The notes under the pieces are model-generated. The model saw nothing but the letters and a program-made list of their open reading frames with translations, searched no databases and was not told where the DNA came from. The position numbers and the translations under genes are program-made. A DNA stretch of 18,102 nucleotides from Candidatus Krumholzibacteriota bacterium (GTDB lineage Bacteria; Krumholzibacteriota; Krumholzibacteriia; LZORAL124-64-63). The stretch is taken from positions 1 to 18,102 of the forward strand of contig JBDLKA010000076.1 in the NCBI GenBank assembly GCA_039714075.1, given 5' to 3'. Position 1 is the first letter of the stretch; each line of letters starts with the position of its first letter. Shown piece by piece: positions 7,201-13,802 of the stretch.

Positions 7201-10153
7201 TGATCAGATCGACATGCTTGGCCTCGCTGTGCTGAACGGCGATATCCAGGCTCGGTATCGACGGCCGGTGGTCCACCGGCGGCCACACCCAACCGTCCAC
7301 CGGATCCGCCGCATCCAGCCAGGCCTTGTCGATGTCCGGCATCACCGGAGGCGCCTGGGGTTTGGGCTTGGCTTCCTCCGCACGCAGCCGTGCTTCGCTG
7401 GCGGTGATGCCCACCGTCGGCGTGGTCGTGTGTTCGACCCGGGACACGGTGTCGGTGCTGGCCTGGTTGAACTTTTCGGCCGTGACCACTCGCAGTTCCA
7501 CCCGCCGGTTGAGTTGCCGGCCCTCGCGGGTGTTGTTCGGCGCCACCGGGTTGTCGGGACCCTGGCCAACCAGGGTTATCTGTTTCGCTTCCAGGTCCAG
7601 CGCCGCGCCCAGATACTCCCCGATAGACCGCGCCCGCGCCATCGACAGGACGTAGTTGTCCGCCCAGGTCTTCTGCCCCCGCGGGGTGATGGGCACGTTG
7701 TCCGAATGGCCGGTCACGTGCATGTGCAGCACCTGTCGCGACTTAAGCAGGTCGGCCAGCTGGTTCAGTTCCTGGTAATAGTCCTCGTGAACCGTGGCGC
7801 TGAACGTCTTGAAGCGCGGACGCAATACCACATCCGGCTTCAGGGTCAGCATCTCGTCCAGTTGTAGGCCGACGATCGTGGTGATCGGATCGGTGCGCCG
7901 GATTTCACCGTTGGGCATGGTGAAGGTCAGCTGCGCACCCACCGGCAGGTCACGGCTTTCACTCAGATTGGTCAGATCGGACTCGAACCGCAGCACCAGG
8001 TTCGAATCGGCGTCCGCGCCATCCAGGCCAAAGGTCAGAAAATTGTCCTGGATGTCGGGATCCCCGCAGACTTCGCCGTCCAACCTGGCGCTGCCCGTGC
8101 GGTAGGCCACCCCATCGGGCAGGATCACGGTCAGGACAAGTTTTTCGAGATCGATGGAACCCTCGTTGATGTTCATGCGGCAACTCAGGGTCGTCCCTGT
8201 CCGGGAGGTCGCCAGTTCCAGTCCGACCTCCCCTTCGGGGATGGGTTCGGGGATGAAGTGCAGGTTGAAGTCCGCCCGCCACAGGGTTCCACCCTGGATA
8301 TCGACGAAGCGCGAATAGGGCCGGCCCGCGGAACGTGTGTCGTCCACGCAGGCCAGGGGTTCATGGCGGTCGGGCAAAGTGGCCACGTCGATCTGGACTA
8401 CGTGCGCTCCCGCAGGTACGCCCTCGAAGTGGTAACGCCCGCCGTCGTCGGTGACGCTGAAGGATCCATCCTCCAGGAAAACCCGCACGCCGGGCACGCC
8501 CACCCTTTCCTCGTCGCGAGACAGTTCGCATTCACCCACCACCACGCGCCCGGTGATGAAGCCGGTGTCGCGGAAGTAGGCGTCACGGACCTGGGTGTAC
8601 ACCACGGCTTCGCCGGAGGAAACCCCCTCCTCCGCCTTTGCCCGCGCGGTGCTGACCACCTCGCCGGGGCGGGACCCTGCGGCAACCTCTATCACGTACT
8701 GGATCTGGATGACTCCGAAGATGGGAATGTCACCCAGGTCGAAGTACAGGGTCCGGCCGTCCGCGGACATCCGCGGGATGATGGTCCCACCGCCTTCGGT
8801 GGTCGCGGAACCGTCCTGGAAAGCGAAGCCCGGCGGCAAATTGTCCGTGATGACAGTCTGCAGCGCCGTGCCGACGCCCCGGTTCTGCAGGCGTATGGTG
8901 TATTGCAGGAAATCACCCTGGCTCACCAGATCGCGGTCGGCGGTTTTGGTCAAGGCCAGCTGGTCCGAGGTCGGTATCGGGTCCATCGGCACGTCAAGAT
9001 TGAGCGCGGGACCGGGATTGACGGAGAACGGTTCGCCCCGCGAACCCGGTTCGGCGATGGCGAACGGCGCGCCGGGCAATAGCTGGAGATTGGCGGTCGG
9101 AACGTTTGACGGAGCCGTGTAGGCCAGCGGACTTTCTATCTCCAGGCGATAGTCTCCGACCACCACGAACGGGAACCGGAATCCACCCGGCGGGAAATCG
9201 TACTGGTGTCCCCCGGTGTCCACCACGGTGCCGCCCGAAGTGATGGTCGCGGGGAAGATGCTGGCCCCGTCGTCACCGAACACCACCGCGGGAAGTCCCG
9301 TGGCGGTATTGATCATGGTGATCACGGCCCCGTCGACCGGCAGGCCGGTGACGCTGTCGAACACATGGCCGGTGGGGTCGATCAGGGCGGTCACCGAAAC
9401 GTTGTCGGTGGGGTCGAGGACATCCACGTAGGACGCCTCGGCGGTCTGGTCGGGTTCCACGGTGAGCATCGGATCCAGGGCCCGCGGCGCAATGCCGCCT
9501 TCGGTCTGGACATAACCGACGAATTCACCGGTGTCGGGACCGGTTTCCGTCACCTGAAGCAGGATGTCGTCCCCATCCGCCAGGACTTCCACCCTGATGA
9601 TGACCGTTTCACGCACGGCCGGATCCAGGTTCTGGTCCAAATCTCCCACCCGAATGAAAACGGGTTCACCCTGATGGATCAGGGTCCGCGCCGTCAGCGG
9701 CAGCGGTTGGCTCAGGTCGAGCGGCTGGACCCTGCCCGGCGGCACCGGCGGCGGCAGCGCCATGAACACCCCGGTGGGCGTCCCGTCGGTGCTGTATGAC
9801 GTTTGCGCCACGTTGACCATTTCGGCGTCGGTGCGATTCGGCGCGTACTGGAGAAGTTCAATGGCGGCCGGAGTCCGCAAATCGACCGTGACGATGGTCA
9901 CCAGATTGGACTCGGCGAAAAGGTTGTCGGTGCCGTCCACGGAATAGTTCGCGGTGGCGATGTTGTCGATGATCGTCCCGGGCGGGCTCTGGGCGAACCC
10001 CCGGGTCGGCGCGGCCAACATCCCCACTGTGAGAACGAAAAGCCAAAGGGCGAATGCCGTGGTCCTGAACAGACGGACGCCCGGACATGTCTGAATGACA
10101 CTTCCGGGACGCCCGAACCTGTTCATGTTGCTAAACCGTTTTGCCACTGGCAA
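4220..10153 (-). CDS. Very large outer-membrane protein: N-terminal Ig/CarboxypepD-like and DUF11 domains, central OmpA-like peptidoglycan-binding domain, Ig domains, C-terminal large beta-barrel
   Basis: 1977-aa ORF with signal peptide ending RGFA. 'GHVFDSVTGLPVDGAVITM'. DUF11 'LALTKTADRDLVSQGDFLQYTIRLQN...ITDNLPPGF'. OmpA-C motif 'VTGHSDN...DNYVLSMARA...GPDNPVAPNNTREGRQLNRRVE' (~7480-7830). About 800 aa of amphipathic beta-strands ending 'GPFLRFRLKFDQ'. Start uncertain (TTG 10153 or ATG 10126). Confidence 0.88.
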   Translation of the reverse strand: MPVAKRFSNMNRFGRPGSVIQTCPGVRLFRTTAFALWLFVLTVGMLAAPTRGFAQSPPGTIIDNIATANYSVDGTDNLFAESNLVTIVTVDLRTPAAIELLQYAPNRTDAEMVNVAQTSYSTDGTPTGVFMALPPPVPPGRVQPLDLSQPLPLTARTLIHQGEPVFIRVGDLDQNLDPAVRETVIIRVEVLADGDDILLQVTETGPDTGEFVGYVQTEGGIAPRALDPMLTVEPDQTAEASYVDVLDPTDNVSVTALIDPTGHVFDSVTGLPVDGAVITMINTATGLPAVVFGDDGASIFPATITSGGTVVDTGGHQYDFPPGGFRFPFVVVGDYRLEIESPLAYTAPSNVPTANLQLLPGAPFAIAEPGSRGEPFSVNPGPALNLDVPMDPIPTSDQLALTKTADRDLVSQGDFLQYTIRLQNRGVGTALQTVITDNLPPGFAFQDGSATTEGGGTIIPRMSADGRTLYFDLGDIPIFGVIQIQYVIEVAAGSRPGEVVSTARAKAEEGVSSGEAVVYTQVRDAYFRDTGFITGRVVVGECELSRDEERVGVPGVRVFLEDGSFSVTDDGGRYHFEGVPAGAHVVQIDVATLPDRHEPLACVDDTRSAGRPYSRFVDIQGGTLWRADFNLHFIPEPIPEGEVGLELATSRTGTTLSCRMNINEGSIDLEKLVLTVILPDGVAYRTGSARLDGEVCGDPDIQDNFLTFGLDGADADSNLVLRFESDLTNLSESRDLPVGAQLTFTMPNGEIRRTDPITTIVGLQLDEMLTLKPDVVLRPRFKTFSATVHEDYYQELNQLADLLKSRQVLHMHVTGHSDNVPITPRGQKTWADNYVLSMARARSIGEYLGAALDLEAKQITLVGQGPDNPVAPNNTREGRQLNRRVELRVVTAEKFNQASTDTVSRVEHTTTPTVGITASEARLRAEEAKPKPQAPPVMPDIDKAWLDAADPVDGWVWPPVDHRPSIPSLDIAVQHSEAKHVDLIKDGRPVEAVNFDGVKASNDGMVAVSIWTGIDLKEGENLFVAVGRDEKGKELWRKARYVHYASPPVLATMLPEQSTLTADGKTLPVIAVRLTDRDGQPAREGIIGEFTVDAPHMSQQEFEDFQKDPLVGMRRQRPSYVVGADGVAHVRLQPTTKTGETVLHFHFQGHQQEMRTWLEPGARDWILVGLAEGTVGYNTLNGNMEPLQGNAPDDRWYSDGRVAFYAKGSIRGEWLATLAFDTGKDWDGDTGALYQEIDPDQYFTLYGDGSRQDYDASSSRKLYVKIERRQFYALFGDYNTGLSINELAGYTRNFNGIKSELKSEHVGLNLFANQTGHGYMRDEIRGDGTSGMYYLTRRDLVINSEEITIEVRDRFRSEVILGSRKLTRHLDYSIDHEDGSLYFKEPIWSRDENLNPIFIVVNYETRSRDGDYNNYGGRGAVTTAGGKLELGTTFIHQEENAGKGELIGWDGRYRFGPQTELKGEYVVTDTDMTGRHDAYLAEIKNTAGRFGARAYVRQNEVGFGLGQQNRSEAGTRKLGVDLDWKMNSRLTFKSQTWRQDNLANGSRRDNIEGKLQWRDSIFSIHAGGRWVEDRFTVLNDHGSTQITGGGEISTRNRRLKFSADHEQSLDGENRNVDYPTRTTLGADFEIVRNLNLLSRYEITNGAAGDTRGARFGFETKPWTGGRVTSSWERRFTENGSRAFANLGLRQLWKVSDHWNMDFGLDHSEATEGFDTPRVNENVPPASGALAGFTAISTAVGYNAERWQWNSRFEIRNSALDDKWAVVPSVLVEPRSGLGVAGKARIAGTEGEAGSRRRKYDIRLGLALRPDREGWVILDRLDWVTEERYSLTTDLSGWRIVNHLNLTYYSGRNTQIALQHGIKYNQDDIAGRRYKGLTDLLGGEVRQNLSPRMDLGFRLSGLHSWYAKQIDYSAGGSFGFNVMNNVWMSLGYNFIGFYDADFSAADFTAQGPFLRFRLKFDQETAGTILKAFMGGPHE

Positions 10154-10186
10154 CCCGCCCGGATGACTCCCGGGACAGGAATCCTT

Positions 10187-11275
10187 CTAGTCGATAATGA
10201 CCGAGAAGGTTTCCGTCGCTGCCGATGCGGCGGCCACGGTGAGGTAGACCACCCGGACATCGGTCACGGCGGGGTCGGTTCCGTTGGCGCCGGGCACCGG
10301 ACCATAGGCCCAGGTCGCACCGCCGTCGTTGGAGTAGGAAACCACCGCGGCCGGAACCGTGGCGACCGATCCCACCAGGAACGCGCTGTTGGCCGGGACC
10401 GAATCGATGACCTCGACGTTGTCCGCGGCCAGGGTACCGGAGTTGGTCACCAGGATCGTATAACCGACCGTTGCGCCCGGAATCGCCTTCGGGTTCACGG
10501 CCAGGTTGAAGGGATCGCTGATCACGCTGGTCGTCTTCATGGCGGTCAAGGTGGTGGTGATGACCTTGTATCCGTCCTTGCTCGAGAACCGGCCGTCGGT
10601 AGCTCCGTCGGCCGTACCGGCGCCGTCGCCGAACACGATCTGGATCAGGGCCGGGTCGTCGGCCGCGGCCGCGTCATCGGCGAGGATGTCCGCGCCCTGG
10701 GCGCCACCGGTGCCGCCGGCGGCGGTCTGTGCGATCAGGTCGTAGGAAGCGACATCGTTGTTGACCTGGACCAGCGGGATATCGGACAACACGAACACCG
10801 TGATGGAGGCCCCGGAAGCCAGTTCGTCGATATAGGTGTCGGTGTCGGCGGCGGTGTAGGTGTTGTCGGCGTCGGTATCGACGTAGACGTTCACGTTGAC
10901 CGCGTTGAAGGTCTCGACCTCACCGAAGGCACCGGTGGGCGAATTCAAGGCCGACAGGGAGTAATCCTGCACCGTGTTACCGTTATTGGTCACGGCATAG
11001 GTCAGGACCTGGGCTAAGCCACCGGGAATCACGGCAACGATGGCAGCATCGACCGTGGTCACGGTCAGGTCGACCTTGTTGTCCACCAGGAAACTGGCGA
11101 TGTTGCTGACCACCTGCGTCTGCGGCGTACCGCTGACGGAGAAGTCGAGGGTCGCCGTGTTGTTGATCGGCGTGCCCGAAGGGGTGTTCTGTGCCAGAGC
11201 GATCGAGGACAGACCGAACACCAGGGCGCCGGCCAGCAGGATCACGAACAGGTTCTTTTTGCTACGGATCGTCAT
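10187..11275 (-). CDS. Exported DUF11-family protein, 362 aa; candidate major fibre subunit
   Basis: ATG 11275 with AAGGAGG RBS. Signal peptide ending SIALA. N-terminal 'TPSGTPINNTATLDF'. Middle Ig domain 'IPGG...LTYAVTNNGN'. C-terminal DUF11 'LTAMKTT...AIPGATVGYTILVTNSG...VIDSVP...TFSVIID'. Confidence 0.88.
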   Translation of the reverse strand: MTIRSKKNLFVILLAGALVFGLSSIALAQNTPSGTPINNTATLDFSVSGTPQTQVVSNIASFLVDNKVDLTVTTVDAAIVAVIPGGLAQVLTYAVTNNGNTVQDYSLSALNSPTGAFGEVETFNAVNVNVYVDTDADNTYTAADTDTYIDELASGASITVFVLSDIPLVQVNNDVASYDLIAQTAAGGTGGAQGADILADDAAAADDPALIQIVFGDGAGTADGATDGRFSSKDGYKVITTTLTAMKTTSVISDPFNLAVNPKAIPGATVGYTILVTNSGTLAADNVEVIDSVPANSAFLVGSVATVPAAVVSYSNDGGATWAYGPVPGANGTDPAVTDVRVVYLTVAAASAATETFSVIID

Positions 11276-11305
11276 TTCAAGCCTCCTTGCCAAAATGGCT
11301 TAGGT

Positions 11306-11779
11306 TTACTGCAACTGTGCCCGGAAGGACACGCTTCCCTCGGCGCCCGGCTCCAGAGGATTCTGGAAGGTCCAGCGCACGTGGGTGAAATCGGACTCCT
11401 TGGCAGGGCGCGGTTGGCCCTTGGCGTCCGTGACGGTCAGGTTCCGAGGCGCGTCGTAGCGTGACCCGCCGTCAGCCGACATGCTGACGGTGGCCTGGTA
11501 CGGGCTGTCCTCCACCTGGGTGAAGACCATGTGGTCGGGGATGGGATTGGTGATCACGACGTCCGCCGCGGGTTCCGTCCCGTGGTTGGCGAAAGTGATC
11601 GTGTAGATGACCTCGTCGCCGGGAACGACCTTGCCGGCCTCCACGCGCGTGGTCACTTCCTGCCCCTCTTCATCGGTCGTGGTGATTTCCGTAAGGGCCA
11701 CGGTGTTCAACTCGACGGCCGCATTCGCGACGCCGGCCGACAACAGGACCAGAACGGTGATGGTTAGCACTCTTTTCAT
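11306..11779 (-). CDS. Small exported single-DUF11 protein, 157 aa
   Basis: ATG 11779 with GGAGGAG RBS. Signal peptide ending VANA. 'VVPGDEVIYTITFANHGTEPAADVVITNPIP...VRWTF..LEPGAEGSVSFRAQLQ'. Confidence 0.9.
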   Translation of the reverse strand: MKRVLTITVLVLLSAGVANAAVELNTVALTEITTTDEEGQEVTTRVEAGKVVPGDEVIYTITFANHGTEPAADVVITNPIPDHMVFTQVEDSPYQATVSMSADGGSRYDAPRNLTVTDAKGQPRPAKESDFTHVRWTFQNPLEPGAEGSVSFRAQLQ

Positions 11780-11808
11780 GACTTTCTCCTCCTTCTTTGG
11801 TTCAACGT

Positions 11809-12798
11809 TCAATCAATCGTGACAGTGAATGTGATCGTCTGTCCGGGACCGCCGACGGCCACGTCACCGATTGCCACGGTGATCGTGCCCGATGTTGTGC
11901 CGCCCACATCACCGTTGTCGCCGTCGAGGGCGTCGGTGACGGAGGCTCCGTTCAGCATCAGGGTGCCCGGGTTGTAGGTTGTGTTCAGGGGAATGTCGTC
12001 GCTGATCACGACGTTACTGGTTGTGCCCGTTCCGGTTGCGGTCACGGACAGCTCATAGGTGATGGTGGCTCCGGTTACCGGCCGCGATCCCCCGAAGGGG
12101 TCGACCACCACGGCGGATTTGAGAATGGCCAGCTGCGCGGACAGGGGCACGATGCGGTAGGTTCCCCGATCGTCCGCCAGGCCTCCACCGGCGCCCACCA
12201 CCGCATCCACGCCCATCTCTCCCGCCCCGACGATGACCTCCCCGGGGTTTCCGCTTCCCGTATTGGAGACGACGTCCAGACGGCTGTCCCCCAGCTGGTC
12301 CACGAGGGCGCCGGACGGGATGTCGTTCAGCAGGAACAGCATGGTGAAGGCGTCCGCGGCCAGGACCGGGTCATTGCCGCCGGGGATGTAGAGTTCGTCG
12401 CTGCCCGGGTCGAAGCTGCCGTTCCCGTTGGTGTCCAGGTGGATGTTCGTCAGGTTGGGGTCGAAGTCGTCGCCCGTCAGCGTGCTGAGGCCCGTCAGCG
12501 CGTAGGAGTCGCTGCCGTTGCCGATGTTGGTCAGCCGGAAGGTCAAGGCCTGGCCACCGGCGCCGGGCTGGACCGCAACCGGCGCGGCGTCCTGCCACAC
12601 CAGGCTGAGATCAAGCACCTCGGCCACCGACGTGGTCACGGTGTTGCTGACACCGGAGTAACCAGTACCGGTGATGGTGTAGTTGATGATCGCCTGGCTG
12701 GTGATGTCGGTACCCGCGGGCGTGCCGCCGGCAAAGGCGCAAGCGGCCCCAGCCAGGCAGAAAACCGTTACCGGAATCAGGCGAGAAATAAGCCTCAC
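11809..12798 (-). CDS. Exported DUF11-family protein, 329 aa; candidate minor/adaptor subunit
   Basis: GTG 12798 with GAGGGAAGGA upstream. Signal peptide ending ACAFA. N-terminal 'GTPAGTDITSQAIINY'. 'VQPG....LTFRLTNIGNGSDSY'. C-terminal DUF11 'LAILKSA...TGATITYELSV...VVISDDIP...ITFTVTID'. Confidence 0.87.
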   Translation of the reverse strand: MRLISRLIPVTVFCLAGAACAFAGGTPAGTDITSQAIINYTITGTGYSGVSNTVTTSVAEVLDLSLVWQDAAPVAVQPGAGGQALTFRLTNIGNGSDSYALTGLSTLTGDDFDPNLTNIHLDTNGNGSFDPGSDELYIPGGNDPVLAADAFTMLFLLNDIPSGALVDQLGDSRLDVVSNTGSGNPGEVIVGAGEMGVDAVVGAGGGLADDRGTYRIVPLSAQLAILKSAVVVDPFGGSRPVTGATITYELSVTATGTGTTSNVVISDDIPLNTTYNPGTLMLNGASVTDALDGDNGDVGGTTSGTITVAIGDVAVGGPGQTITFTVTID

Positions 12799-13182
12799 GA
12801 AATCGGATCCTTCCCTCGGCAAATGACGGCGCCCCGGACGAGGGATGGACCCGTCCCTGGGGCGTTCGGGTCCAGCGCCGATCCTTCGGCGCGTAACCCA
12901 TTACTGGCTCTTGTTTTTTCGGGAATTCAAGGGGACGGCTTTAGGGGGATATTCGCTGGGAGGGCACAAGGAACTATAATAATTGCAGGATTTTATCTTA
13001 TTTCTTGGTTTTTTGCATTTTCATTATCGCCCCAGGCCATTTCGATTCTTTGCGAGTCGGGATTCAGGAGGATTTTTGTCGTGACCGGCTCGATATTCTC
13101 AATTAGGATTCGGTTCAACATCATTGAATGACACATCTCGCTCAGAACATTGGATTCGAAAAAACCCTGGAGGGAGTCACTC
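12799..13182. promoter_or_regulatory. Divergent intergenic control region: AT-rich core plus GC-rich hairpins in the DUF11-operon leader
   Basis: Non-coding gap between divergent starts. AT-rich 12970-13030. Inverted repeats gcgccga/tcggcgc (12875-12892) and cgcccc...ggggcg (12830-12864). Exact promoter boxes not assigned. Confidence 0.55.
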
Positions 13183-13719
13183 ATGTTCAAGAAAATCCTG
13201 TTCCTCACGTTGGTGACCGCGGTCCTGTGCCCCCTGACGGCCATGGGCAGCATCTACTTCGGAGCCGGCATCGGAAACTCATGGCAAAGCGCGACCGTCG
13301 AGGCCGGTGATGTATTCGACGAGGTATCGGAGATCAGCCAAAGTTCAACCGGTTGGAAGATTTTTGCCGGTTTCAAGAGCGAGAGCATTTTCGGCATCGA
13401 GGGCGGTTACCGGGACCTGGGCAAGGTCGAGTCCCCGTTTGCCGGATTGAATTACGGGATCAGCAGCGACGGCTGGGACATCGCCGCCATGGGCCACCTG
13501 GAAATCGCGATCATCGATCTCTTCGCCAAGGCGGGCGCCTTTTTCTGGTCCACCGATTCCAACTTCATCGGTGACGACAGCGGGACCTCCTTCCTGTGGG
13601 GTCTGGGTGCGGGGGTTTCCCTCGGGCCGGTCGGTATCCGGCTCGAATGGGAAAGCATGGAGGTTGGATCGATGGACAATCTCTCGATGTTGAGCCTGGG
13701 GGCAACTTTCGGGTTCTAG
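13183..13719 (+). CDS. Small outer-membrane beta-barrel protein (OmpA transmembrane-like / OMP_b-brl), 178 aa
   Basis: ATG 13183 after GGAGGGAG. Signal peptide. 'IYFGAGIG', 'GWKIFAGF....FGIEGGYRDLG', 'DLFAKAG', 'WGLGAG', 'IRLEWE', C-terminal 'LSLGATFGF' BAM-type terminal Phe. Confidence 0.9.
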   Translation: MFKKILFLTLVTAVLCPLTAMGSIYFGAGIGNSWQSATVEAGDVFDEVSEISQSSTGWKIFAGFKSESIFGIEGGYRDLGKVESPFAGLNYGISSDGWDIAAMGHLEIAIIDLFAKAGAFFWSTDSNFIGDDSGTSFLWGLGAGVSLGPVGIRLEWESMEVGSMDNLSMLSLGATFGF

Positions 13720-13732
13720 GCTTGGCTAGGGT

Positions 13733-13758
13733 GACGGCCGCCTGAAAGGGCGGCCGTC
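13733..13758. terminator. GC-rich hairpin between convergent genes, probable intrinsic terminator
   Basis: gacggccgcc-t-gaaa-g-ggcggccgtc: 10-bp perfect stem plus U-G pair with GAAA tetraloop, 14 nt after the OMP stop. Only a short T run follows. Confidence 0.7.
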
Positions 13759-13802
13759 CATTTACCGAAGGAACTCAGCCCACGAATCCCAGGCAGGTCA
13801 TT

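Noticed and set aside
7480..7830. Calling the 1977-aa gene ompA or motB
   Set aside because: Only a ~115-aa peptidoglycan-binding module matches; the overall architecture is different.
4097..7867. 1256-aa plus-strand ORF, and similar long plus-strand ORFs at 493-1152, 1684-2640, 2866-4242, 9803-11017 and 11797-13131
   Set aside because: Antisense shadows of GC-rich minus-strand genes; no recognisable motifs, while the opposite strand has clear domains.
4220..12798. Classical chaperone-usher, curli, type V pilus or autotransporter assignment
   Set aside because: No PapD/PapC, CsgA/CsgG, lipoprotein-pilin or short autotransporter-barrel signatures were recognisable by eye; remote structural homology cannot be excluded.
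12823..12970. c-di-GMP-I riboswitch upstream of the adhesin operon
   Set aside because: The GGCAAA...GAAA...GACGCAAAG core was not found on the minus strand.
12993..13310. Small ORFs 12993-13253 (-) and 13128-13310 (+)
   Set aside because: They overlap the OMP start and the promoter region and show no coding features.
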